From: a virus
Taxonomy: Duplodnaviria; Caudoviricetes
Direction: 5' to 3' (one strand)
IMG/VR virus record: IMGVR_UViG_3300044769_000069
Coordinates: 1-48,375 of that record
Length of the DNA stretch: 48,375 nt
This document shows positions 9,416 through 17,807 of this stretch, piece after piece. Made by a program: the position numbers and the translations under genes. Below the pieces are notes generated by a model, which searched no databases, was not told the origin of the DNA, and saw only the letters and a program-made list of their open reading frames with translations. Every line of letters begins with the position of its first letter. Position 1 is the first letter of the stretch.

Positions 9416-9747
9416 GTCTTTACAGGGACAGACGTGCGGCTTTGGTCCAGGTAGATATGCAGCGTGCCGTGGGTGAGCGTAGGGATAAGGAGCCCCTTGA
9501 TCGCATGCCCTGGAACGAAGTTGCTCTCAACCGGAGGCACAAGGTCAGCCACAGTGCCGATACCGCCAGCCCTGTGCGACCACACAACCGCACCGGCAGC
9601 GTCCTGTACAATGGCCGAATCGCCTTCGGCAATGTCGGCTCCGCTGTCCCACCAGCGAATCTTAGTGATATTGAGCATCCCTGTGAGCAGTGGGGTAGCC
9701 GCTGCTGTGTCCACGATAACGGGGTTGCCAGTGAGGTTGTTAGCCAT
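9412..9747 (-). CDS. Putative virion protein
   Basis: 111 aa beta-rich; overlaps both neighbours. Confidence 0.55.
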   Translation of the reverse strand: MANNLTGNPVIVDTAAATPLLTGMLNITKIRWWDSGADIAEGDSAIVQDAAGAVVWSHRAGGIGTVADLVPPVESNFVPGHAIKGLLIPTLTHGTLHIYLDQSRTSVPVKT

Positions 9748-10450
9748 GCTTTTCTCCTAGATACTTGTTAATGTCGCGTATGCGGAAGTCGGGATTGTCG
9801 GGGTAGAGCGCGTTGTAAAGCTCCTCCGTGAAGGTCCAGTCTGCCTCGGTGTCCACCGACCAGCTGAAAGCCGGGTTGTAGACGTGTGGAGGAGCCGAGA
9901 TCGTTCGCACCTTGCTGCTCTCGAAGGCCCACTTGTGAGGGTGCTCGCGGAGGCGAGCGGGAAGCTTCAGCTTGTCGAGCATGCTGAAGTACCGCGCGTC
10001 GTACACTTCGGCTCCGAGCCCCGCGGGGTAGCCGTTGTTGTGAATGTTCCGGTCTAGGTTCGACGTGAGAACATCCCAGGCGCACGGATTGTCGAAATAA
10101 TAGTTTACGATGCGGTCGATCTCGTCCGGGTCAACAAACGTATTGTCACCAGGGATGCGAACAACGACGCCAGCATCCATGATGTCAGCGGCCACTTTGT
10201 AACGATGAATAAGATCGTTAGGATTGCCATGGTAATCGAGAAACGGAATACCGAGTTCCTGGGCCGCTTCGATTTGGATTCCACCATTGCTCTCGTGGGG
10301 GATAGCAAGCATGATCTCCGAAAACGATGTAGCTCGCTGAATCCGACTTAGGACATGCCAAATCTGAGGCTTCCCGCACAGCATCCGTCCGTTCTTGCCG
10401 GGGAGCCGGCTGTTCCCCATCCGAGCTTGAACTATGCATACGGTCCTCAT
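9740..10450 (-). CDS. SpsF-like acylneuraminate/nonulosonate cytidylyltransferase (CTP_transf_3)
   Basis: IVQARMGNSRLPGK, VVRIPGDNTFVDP, GYPAGLGAEV, REHP, SVDTEAD motifs; ATG at 10450 overlaps NeuB stop. Confidence 0.92.
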   Translation of the reverse strand: MRTVCIVQARMGNSRLPGKNGRMLCGKPQIWHVLSRIQRATSFSEIMLAIPHESNGGIQIEAAQELGIPFLDYHGNPNDLIHRYKVAADIMDAGVVVRIPGDNTFVDPDEIDRIVNYYFDNPCAWDVLTSNLDRNIHNNGYPAGLGAEVYDARYFSMLDKLKLPARLREHPHKWAFESSKVRTISAPPHVYNPAFSWSVDTEADWTFTEELYNALYPDNPDFRIRDINKYLGEKHG

Positions 10451-11394
10451 TCTAACCCACAGTGGCGTAGACGCCATGGAGCATTCGCTTCGATCCACGT
10501 CTCGTCTGCGCGTGTGGCTCCTGTCACTTGTAAGGTGCTACCGCGAAGCCTTTTGATCTCTGACAACTCGGACTCCATCACGCGAATCTCTGGCGTGCCC
10601 TTGGCCTTCTCCCACTGGCGAATCTCTCGCACAAGGAGTTCCATGCCGTGAGGCTCAACGGATGCCGCGTGGTCGGAGCCCTTCATGGAGCGGTCCAACG
10701 TGATGTGGCGCTCAACGATTCGTGCGCCAACTACCACGGCGCAAAGGGTGGTCCACAGCCCCACTTCATGGCCTGAATAGCCAATGATGCAGTCCGGGAA
10801 CTCTGCCTTCAACGTGTTGATACGTGAAAGGTTAAGGTCCTCAACGGGAGCCGGGTATTTGCTTGTGCAGACAAGCAGAGCCAGTTGTTCGATCTTACCG
10901 GGAGCCTGTAGGATGCCAACGGCTTTCTGAATCTCTTCCAGCGTGCTCATGCCGGTGCTCATAACCACGGGCGTGCCGTTCTTGGCTATGTGCTCCAGCA
11001 AGCCGATGTTCGTGACAGCGGCGCTGGCGATCTTGATGAAAGGCATACCGTAGGTGTAGAGAGCGTTAGCCGAATGAATGTCCCACGGGGAAGCCGACAT
11101 GTACATGCCGCGCTCCCAGGCGTAGTTTGCCAAGTGCTCGTAGTCTTCGTGGCCTAGCTCAATCTTCTCCCGGTATGCGATTGTGGTCATGCGCCCCCAT
11201 GGGGTGTCGCGCTCCACGTTCCACTGTTCTGGCGGCACAACCATCATGGGCGTGCGCTTCTGAAACTTAACGGCATCACACCCCGCGGCGGCAGCTGCAT
11301 CGATCAACTTCTCTGCGATCTCCACTGAGCCGTTGTGGTTAATGCCAATCTCTGCGATCACAAATACGTGATCAGTTGGAAAACGAAACATCAT
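10447..11394 (-). CDS. neuB: N-acetylneuraminate/nonulosonate synthase (NeuB family)
   Basis: IAEIGINHNG, DAVKFQKR, IKIASA, MSTGM, CTSKYP, IGYSGHE, ERHITLDRSMKGSDHAAS; start 11394 with GGAGG RBS. Confidence 0.96.
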   Translation of the reverse strand: MMFRFPTDHVFVIAEIGINHNGSVEIAEKLIDAAAAAGCDAVKFQKRTPMMVVPPEQWNVERDTPWGRMTTIAYREKIELGHEDYEHLANYAWERGMYMSASPWDIHSANALYTYGMPFIKIASAAVTNIGLLEHIAKNGTPVVMSTGMSTLEEIQKAVGILQAPGKIEQLALLVCTSKYPAPVEDLNLSRINTLKAEFPDCIIGYSGHEVGLWTTLCAVVVGARIVERHITLDRSMKGSDHAASVEPHGMELLVREIRQWEKAKGTPEIRVMESELSEIKRLRGSTLQVTGATRADETWIEANAPWRLRHCGLE

Positions 11395-13112
11395 TCCCCC
11401 TCCGAGAACTGTCCGTCCCATAAATAGTTGATAAGGCTTTCACCGTACACCTTCACACTGTTCAGCATGCCCTCTTGGTGGGCCACGGAGAACAGGTCGA
11501 GCGCTTGATTAGCAAACTCCAAGAAGGCTCCGGTGGTGATGATCTCTTTGCCGTCGATCACGATAGGCATGGGCCGAAGCTCCACGCTCGTGCCGGCTAT
11601 GCCGTCAGCGTGATCCTTCTTAACGTCTGTCACCATGCAGTCGAGGCCGAACACGTGCAAGTCTCGGAAGCCTAGATTGAAGGCCAGCGAGATACTGCAA
11701 ATGGCAACGGAGCCGCCCCCGTTCACAACGGAGCATTGCGTGTAGCCGGCTTTACGGCGCATGTCCTGAATCTTGCGATCATCGCGGCTGTCGAACACGT
11801 ACACCTTCTCGCCATTCACGTGGTCGAGGAAGCTTGGGTTGGCAACTGACGCGATCAGATACGTGACTCCAGGCACCTTCTTAGAGAAGCCCTTCGACTG
11901 GTCTTCGGTGCAGTCCAGCGACACCACGTAGTCGGGCACTATGCCGTTGGAGACACACCAAGGGTACATGCGCAGGATGGTGATGACAGCAGCACCGTTC
12001 CTCTGCAATTCCCGCACTTTCGCCACTTCGTTGTCGATGCTAGGGCCTCCGGCGACGAGACACACTGCCCCGCTTCTAGTGCCAGTAATTTTCGAGAGAT
12101 CGGGGATACCCGCCTGAAAGATGGCCCGCATGTTCTCGTACAGCAATTCCTTGGTGAACTTGCAGACCCCCGAGAAGGGGGGCATTTTGCGCAAGTCCTT
12201 TCCCTCAAATTCGTCTCGGACATATTCCACCCATTCAGTTGGCTTGTGGTTGTTGATCGTGCGGCCTTCAACACGCTGACAGAAGACGTAGCATTCTTCA
12301 TCGATGAACGTGACAAAGAAACCTAGTTCCGCAAGAGCCCAATGCAGATTGTTGGCACAAAAGTAATACGTGTGCGCGATCTGTAGGTTGCCGTGGATGT
12401 TCCGTCGAAATAAGCCGGGGGTGTAGATGTAAAGGAATGAATCCTTGTGCATCAACTCCCGCACCTTGCGAAGCTCGTTGAGATCGGTGTAGTGCTCGAT
12501 CACGTCTTGCATGATGATGAAGTCGAACTTCTTCCCCATCTCTATGAGATTATCTACGGAGCCCACCACGGCCAAGCCATTATCCATGGCAGCTTCAGCG
12601 CTCGTCTTGTCGATCTCCACACCCCAAATCTCTGCCCCAAAGCGTTCCGCGAAGGGCTTCAGAGTGCCCCCTAGATGACAGCCTATGTCCAAGACTGTCT
12701 TCGGGGCAGGGATGGCTTGCTCAAGCATCTGCTTGAGAATGTTCTCACCCTTTGACACCTGGGTGTTGTACATCCCCATCTCCGCTTCCAGATCGTTCGT
12801 GATGTTGGTGGAGAGGAGCTTGGGGCCGTTCAGCAAACGGTAGTGGTCGTTGTAGAAAGCCGTGTAAGCTTCCTTGGTCATGCGTGGGTTGATGCGGATC
12901 AACGCGCATTCTTTGCAGAGCACGATGCGAGCCGGGATGCCATAGCGCTCGTGCTCCGTCAAAACTTCTTCTTCCTCTGAACCGCAAAAGCAGGGAGCAT
13001 GCTCTAACGCATACTCCCCGCTCTCGATTTTACCTGTTACGTCCCGCGTAGCAGCGAGGGAAGCTTCGATCTTCCCCCGCCGATACGCGATGTGTGCTTC
13101 AGTGTTCATCAT
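11391..13112 (-). CDS. Fusion of class I SAM methyltransferase (with Cys/Zn N-terminus) and Maf/DUF115 (MptE-like) putative nonulosonate transferase
   Basis: CFC..CKEC; VLDIGCHLG, FDFIIMQDVIEH; C-terminal VAGGPSI, GIVPDYVVSLD, GGGSV..AFNLGFRDLHVFGLD. Confidence 0.85.
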   Translation of the reverse strand: MMNTEAHIAYRRGKIEASLAATRDVTGKIESGEYALEHAPCFCGSEEEEVLTEHERYGIPARIVLCKECALIRINPRMTKEAYTAFYNDHYRLLNGPKLLSTNITNDLEAEMGMYNTQVSKGENILKQMLEQAIPAPKTVLDIGCHLGGTLKPFAERFGAEIWGVEIDKTSAEAAMDNGLAVVGSVDNLIEMGKKFDFIIMQDVIEHYTDLNELRKVRELMHKDSFLYIYTPGLFRRNIHGNLQIAHTYYFCANNLHWALAELGFFVTFIDEECYVFCQRVEGRTINNHKPTEWVEYVRDEFEGKDLRKMPPFSGVCKFTKELLYENMRAIFQAGIPDLSKITGTRSGAVCLVAGGPSIDNEVAKVRELQRNGAAVITILRMYPWCVSNGIVPDYVVSLDCTEDQSKGFSKKVPGVTYLIASVANPSFLDHVNGEKVYVFDSRDDRKIQDMRRKAGYTQCSVVNGGGSVAICSISLAFNLGFRDLHVFGLDCMVTDVKKDHADGIAGTSVELRPMPIVIDGKEIITTGAFLEFANQALDLFSVAHQEGMLNSVKVYGESLINYLWDGQFSEGE

Positions 13113-13130
13113 TCCCTCCAATGACGATCC

Positions 13131-13961
13131 TTAGCTTGCCAATTCAGTCGGGAGCAAGGTGTACGAGAAGTAGATGTACCCTTTGCCGGCTCCACTGACG
13201 CCCGTATTCGTAAACGAATGGGTGAGCGTAGCAGCGGTTTGCCGTTTCACGACAAGGTTGTTACTCGCAGTCGCAGTGGCCGCGATGTAGGATTTGCGGA
13301 CATAGAAGTCCACGTTGCCGGTGCTGGAAGCGTGGAACTCTGCCAGACCCGCACCGTAACGAGAGGGGATAACCACACCCGTCAAGGAAAGGTCAGGCTG
13401 AGCCTGCTTGAAACCAACGGAGCTAAGCGTGATGTTGTTCAAGAAGCCGGTTGCGGCACCCGAACGGCCCACACTGTAACGGTTGGAAGCAGCCGCAGCG
13501 CCAGCGAAGGCAGCGGTGACTTTGATGAAAACATCCTTAACCACCATGCCCCGGCGAAGCCGGAAACCCAACGGACGAACCGTGGTACACGAAGCGCGGT
13601 CATTGAAAGCCGCAACGAGCGTGAACTCGGTTTGTTCAGGGTCAACGTCCGCGCGATGCTGAGAAGCCGAGAGGCTCTTCAGGAAGTACGAACGCCCGCC
13701 AGCCGTAAAGATGGTAACGTCAACGCTCGACACGGAGCGATCCGTGTAGAACTCCAACGTGCCATCGGTCATGGTGCGCGAGATAAACGAACTACCGACC
13801 ACTTCTTGCGTCAGCTGAGTACCAGCCGCGTTGTAGATGGTGGCCCGAGTCGCAGCGCCCGCGGTGTAAACTTGGAACACGCCCGTGTCGTCATCGATGG
13901 GCCGCTTGGTGCGGGTATTCACCAACTTGACGAAGTAGGGACGAAGATTAACGATTGCCAC
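13131..13961 (-). CDS. Putative capsid-associated/decoration protein
   Basis: 276 aa Ser/Thr/Ala-rich beta protein directly downstream of the capsid genes; AAGGAG RBS. Confidence 0.6.
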   Translation of the reverse strand: MAIVNLRPYFVKLVNTRTKRPIDDDTGVFQVYTAGAATRATIYNAAGTQLTQEVVGSSFISRTMTDGTLEFYTDRSVSSVDVTIFTAGGRSYFLKSLSASQHRADVDPEQTEFTLVAAFNDRASCTTVRPLGFRLRRGMVVKDVFIKVTAAFAGAAAASNRYSVGRSGAATGFLNNITLSSVGFKQAQPDLSLTGVVIPSRYGAGLAEFHASSTGNVDFYVRKSYIAATATASNNLVVKRQTAATLTHSFTNTGVSGAGKGYIYFSYTLLPTELAS

Positions 13962-13982
13962 TGATTTTCTCCTTAGCTATTC

Positions 13983-14031
13983 GGGGGAAGCGCCGGGACA
14001 ACTCACTAGGCTTCCCAAACTGGCTTCCCCC
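13983..14031. promoter_or_regulatory. Intergenic stem-loop (partial terminator or processing signal after capsid genes)
   Basis: GGGGGAAGC (13983-13991) pairs with GCTTCCCCC (14023-14031); no clear U-tract. Confidence 0.4.
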
Positions 14032-14039
14032 TACAGTAG

Positions 14040-14300
14040 TTAGATTCCGCCTTCGCAGAAAGCGATGTACGAGAACAGATCGTTGCTGGCCGTGGTGACG
14101 GTGAAGGTGTTGCCAGAGATCGTGTCGCAGTAGGCGACAGTGGTGCTCGTCGCACCGCTGACAATAACCGCTTTGATCCCCTTCACATTCGGAATCGTCA
14201 CCGTGGTAGACGTACCGCTTCCACCAGCAACGCCAGTGACAAGCTTCGTCATCGAGCCCACTGCTTCAACGCGAGTGGGAGAGAGAGCAGTCTGAGCCAT
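14040..14300 (-). CDS. Small capsid decoration/cement-like protein
   Basis: 86 aa, about 29% Ser+Thr by hand count, immediately after MCP. Confidence 0.6.
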   Translation of the reverse strand: MAQTALSPTRVEAVGSMTKLVTGVAGGSGTSTTVTIPNVKGIKAVIVSGATSTTVAYCDTISGNTFTVTTASNDLFSYIAFCEGGI

Positions 14301-14325
14301 AATTCAAATCTCCTTTCAGCTACGG

Positions 14326-15369
14326 TTAGTCGGCCACCGCAGCAGAGAAGACGTGAACCACGCCATGATCCTCTTCGGTCGAACGGTTGAAGACCAGTTT
14401 CTCGATGCCGCGGATTTCGTGCAGTTCGTAAGAAACGTCATGCCCGAAATCAGCTTCCTCTTCGTTGAACTTAGAGCGTTGGCCCCAACACACCGCAGCG
14501 GCCTGCGCACCCAAGAGCAAGTTCTCGGTGCATTGAACGGTGGACGATATCAGCGGCAAGCGCTCGTTCTCGTAAACCATAACGCCTTCCCAGGCACCCT
14601 TGAAGGCAGAGCCAGAGAAGAGCACGGAGCCAGTGCCCGAGGGGGTAAGGTTCAACTCACGGTTACGCCACGCGGCGTCGTTGTTGACCATATCCCTAAG
14701 AGCGTAGGTATGAGCCCACAGAACAAACCATTGCTCGAAGTCTTTTCCCATCTTGAAACGGGAAGGACGAATCTTCGCAGTGGCGTTCACAGGGATCAAC
14801 GCCTTACGTTTCGCCACACCGATCATGTTCGTGGTGAGCATGTCGTTGGTGCCGTCGATGTTCGTAAGAGCCGTCGCATGGGTGGCGTTCCAGTTGGAAT
14901 CAGCCGCACCGTACAGATAGCGCCCGCGAACGCGACCAGAGGCGTGATCGGTCAGAGCCTCGATCACATCGTCATCGAAGTCCACGGAGAACTCGTCTTC
15001 CAACGCGCTCTTGCCTTCGGTGAGGATATTGAACATCGTGCGCTTTTGAGACATGGGGATGTCTTCAAACTTGATCGCGCGGCGCACGTTGTCGATCTCG
15101 ATGCGTTGGTTGTAGAAGGACAGCGTGCCTTCGTTTCCGATGGCTTTCGCGTTGCCCGTCACCAAACCGCCAACCACACGGCCACGTAGACCGATAGTGA
15201 TTGCATCGCCGGCTTTCTTAACCAAGTCTTCCTTGACCTGGATGATGGAATCGGTGCCCGTGCCCATGAACTTCTTGCACTGAAGCATGCCGATGTACTC
15301 TTGGAAAATGCTGTTCTCCCACTGCTCAACGGTCAGTCCGTTGCCAGTGAGGATTTCGATATAACTCAT
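14326..15369 (-). CDS. Major capsid protein (N4-gp56/DUF4043-like, HK97 fold)
   Basis: 347 aa; DLVKKAGDAITIGL, GNEGTL, LFSGSAFKGAWEGVMVYE, LLLGAQA; position after scaffold. Confidence 0.92.
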   Translation of the reverse strand: MSYIEILTGNGLTVEQWENSIFQEYIGMLQCKKFMGTGTDSIIQVKEDLVKKAGDAITIGLRGRVVGGLVTGNAKAIGNEGTLSFYNQRIEIDNVRRAIKFEDIPMSQKRTMFNILTEGKSALEDEFSVDFDDDVIEALTDHASGRVRGRYLYGAADSNWNATHATALTNIDGTNDMLTTNMIGVAKRKALIPVNATAKIRPSRFKMGKDFEQWFVLWAHTYALRDMVNNDAAWRNRELNLTPSGTGSVLFSGSAFKGAWEGVMVYENERLPLISSTVQCTENLLLGAQAAAVCWGQRSKFNEEEADFGHDVSYELHEIRGIEKLVFNRSTEEDHGVVHVFSAAVAD

Positions 15370-15379
15370 TTAGCCTTCC

Positions 15380-16348
15380 TTAGCGAGAAAACAAATCATT
15401 CAACGGAGTGGGACCCTTGCCCTTTGAGTTTTGGCCGGTCTTCAATCCATTGCTCCCACGCGAGGAAGAGAGGCCGCGTGGGGTGTTGTGCTTTTTATCA
15501 GCACGTCCCATAAGCTCTTCAGTGATCTCGGTCTTCAGCGTTGCTCGAAGCTCCTTCTCCACTTCGGCCTTGATGTTCTTGTGAATATCAGCCGGCGTGG
15601 AGCCATACTTCGTTTCAAAGTTGAGACGGTCGAGAATCCTGAAAGCTTCATGAACAGGAGATTCCGAATTGAGCACCAACGACTGAATGAGCTTGTTCTC
15701 ACCGAACTTCTCATGAAACTCATTCAACCGTGTCTCCACAACGTCCTTACCGTGCTGCTCGATGGCAGCTGTCTTGGACGCCATGGCTTTGCCCACGCTT
15801 AGCGCTTGGGTGGCGATCATTTCGGGGGTGACGCTTTTGGCCGGGTCATCGACTTCCGGGTCGTATGTACCATCGGCTATCTTCCGCAGCATCCCCACTT
15901 CCTGCTGCATTTGGGTGACGGCGCTTTGAAGCTGGAGCTTCTCTTGATGCTCCTTCTGCCAATTCTGCGCGGTGTCCTTATACCGCTTGAAGAAGGGATT
16001 CTCGTCGTTCTCCCACTTCTTCTTGGCTTCCGCTTCAGCCGCTTGCGCAGCGGCCTCTTTATCAGCTGCCGCTTTTTCATCAGCCGGTTTACTCTCCGGT
16101 TTTGCCACCGGCTTCTGGTCGGCTGATTTCTTCTCTTTCTCCGGTTTCTCGTCGTCCTTTTCAGGAGAAGACTCTACTTCGCGGAAATCTTGAGAAGCTT
16201 CCTCTTTCTCGTCTTCCTTGTCGTCAGGCTCGCTTGCCGAAGAAGCTTTCGCTTCGGGCTCCGCGTCGTGACTAAAGAGGTACGATAAAGGGGTGGTCGA
16301 AGAGGACGTAGACTCGCTACTCTCTTCGCCTTCGTTTTCTACTGCCAT
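15380..16348 (-). CDS. Capsid scaffolding protein
   Basis: Acidic disordered N-terminus, coiled coil, immediately upstream of MCP. Confidence 0.8.
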   Translation of the reverse strand: MAVENEGEESSESTSSSTTPLSYLFSHDAEPEAKASSASEPDDKEDEKEEASQDFREVESSPEKDDEKPEKEKKSADQKPVAKPESKPADEKAAADKEAAAQAAEAEAKKKWENDENPFFKRYKDTAQNWQKEHQEKLQLQSAVTQMQQEVGMLRKIADGTYDPEVDDPAKSVTPEMIATQALSVGKAMASKTAAIEQHGKDVVETRLNEFHEKFGENKLIQSLVLNSESPVHEAFRILDRLNFETKYGSTPADIHKNIKAEVEKELRATLKTEITEELMGRADKKHNTPRGLSSSRGSNGLKTGQNSKGKGPTPLNDLFSR

Positions 16349-16468
16349 AACTCTCCTTCAGCCGGGTTTGAATTTACGCAGGAAGCACAAGCTTAACTTG
16401 TTAAGCCGGCGCTGCGTTGAACCGCCTGAGACGGATAAAAATGCACTGAATTGATATGCTTAAACGTA

Positions 16469-16672
16469 TTAGCCCCTGTGCGACCAGGGACCGAAGTAAC
16501 GGGTGTTCTTCACGCGATACACGCGCTCCCGCTTGCCGTGGTCATCTTCCAGCTTCTCCACTTCATGCCGGTGGATGTCCAAGTCTTGCTCTTTGAACGC
16601 CTTGACGTTCTCTTGCGTGATCGTCTGAGGATCGCTGATCTTGTCGAAGCCTACTCGAAACTCTCTTGCCAC
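16469..16672 (-). CDS. Hypothetical protein (67 aa, GTG start)
   Basis: GGAGG RBS then GTG at 16672; MAREFRVGFDKISDPQ...; the longer 139-aa call is a shadow of the upstream gene. Confidence 0.65.
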   Translation of the reverse strand: MAREFRVGFDKISDPQTITQENVKAFKEQDLDIHRHEVEKLEDDHGKRERVYRVKNTRYFGPWSHRG

Positions 16673-16680
16673 ATTGCCTC

Positions 16681-16950
16681 CTAGCTGTAATACGGCTTGC
16701 CGTAGTCGCCCTGTGGATACTGCTGTTGGGCGTATTGCGGCTGTTGATACTGCGCCTGCTGGTACGGCTGCTGTTGGTATTGGTTTTGCTGATACGGATT
16801 CTGCGCGTACTGCTGTTGCGGGTAGATGCTCTGCATCACGTCCTGCAACGTGCGTTGCGGCGCAGCTTGTGCAGGCCCGGTGCGCCAACCCTGCGCAGGC
16901 CCGGTGCGCCAGCCTCTGTTGTTAAGAGGCACTAGGTTCGACATTCTCAT
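16681..16950 (-). CDS. Gln/Tyr-rich low-complexity protein
   Basis: GWRTGPAQ x2 followed by (P/Q)YQQ-type repeats; start overlaps holin stop, GGGAG RBS. Confidence 0.65.
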   Translation of the reverse strand: MRMSNLVPLNNRGWRTGPAQGWRTGPAQAAPQRTLQDVMQSIYPQQQYAQNPYQQNQYQQQPYQQAQYQQPQYAQQQYPQGDYGKPYYS

Positions 16951-17375
16951 TATCGACTCCCCGACACTTCCTTATACTTCTCGAACGTGCGGAGCCCGCC
17001 AAGGCCCAACATACCGAGGAGCACTGTGAGCAAGCTCTCCATCTCAAACGTGGGGAGCGGAGGCAGCGCCACGCCAGTGGCGATGATCACGAACAGAGCC
17101 GTGGGCTGAATGACGTAGTGGTAGGCGAACGCTGTGGCGCACACCCAACCAACTGCTGGACGCCAGCCGGCCACGAACCAGTTCGTGCTCTTGGCCTCTT
17201 CCTTGTTGATCTCCAGCTGCCCGAGCACACCCTGCCAATCCTGCTTGGCGAGTTCGAGCGTAACTTGAGCCTCAAGCTTGGCCCGCTCCTCTTCGCTCAT
17301 CTTCTCCGCGGGCAACACCCGCTTGAGAACGGTGTTGATCACTTCGGCCACCGGGCCGATAAGCAGATTCCACAT
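16950..17375 (-). CDS. Holin of 3TMs (gene-transfer-release type)
   Basis: QLEINKEEAKS, FVAGWRPAVGW, LLGMLGLGGLRTFEK; probable start MWNLLIGP at 17375. Confidence 0.88.
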   Translation of the reverse strand: MWNLLIGPVAEVINTVLKRVLPAEKMSEEERAKLEAQVTLELAKQDWQGVLGQLEINKEEAKSTNWFVAGWRPAVGWVCATAFAYHYVIQPTALFVIIATGVALPPLPTFEMESLLTVLLGMLGLGGLRTFEKYKEVSGSR

Positions 17376-17806
17376 TATTGAATCGTCACTTTCAGTTCCG
17401 TGGGCGAAGTGGGCGCTGGCTGAGGCGGTTGCACAATCGAGGCGCATGCCTCGTTCGAGAATCCTGAATTACCGGCTGTGTTGAACGCACGGACTCGGTA
17501 GCAGTATAGAATCCCATACTGCAAGCCGGAATCCACGTAAGTAACGGCGTTGCCGGCCAACTTTGTTAAACTCGTCCACGTACCCGTGCTGCCAAGCTTC
17601 CGCTGGACTTCAAATCCTGATTCGTTGTTGGCGTTGTCTTTCCAAGAGAGCCCAATCGCTTGAGCCGAAGCTGAAACAGAACTCATTGTCAGTACAGCCG
17701 CCACGAGAAAACTTGTCAACGTCACTTTCAGTTTTTTAGGCACTGGTGCTTTCCTCCTCCGAAACCAACTGGTAATTAAATCAAAAAGATTCCACAGCCA
17801 ATCCAT
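17375..17806 (-). CDS. Secreted/membrane fibronectin type III domain protein
   Basis: Hydrophobic signal-like segment ending ASA-Q; LSWKDNANNESGFEVQR..YCYRVRAFNTAGNSGFSNEAC. Confidence 0.85.
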   Translation of the reverse strand: MDWLWNLFDLITSWFRRRKAPVPKKLKVTLTSFLVAAVLTMSSVSASAQAIGLSWKDNANNESGFEVQRKLGSTGTWTSLTKLAGNAVTYVDSGLQYGILYCYRVRAFNTAGNSGFSNEACASIVQPPQPAPTSPTELKVTIQ

Positions 17807-17807
17807 A

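Noticed and set aside
16673-16888. N-terminal half of the 139-aa ORF 16469..16888
   Set aside because: Alternate-frame shadow of the Q/Y-rich gene; RBS and GTG at 16672 give a better start
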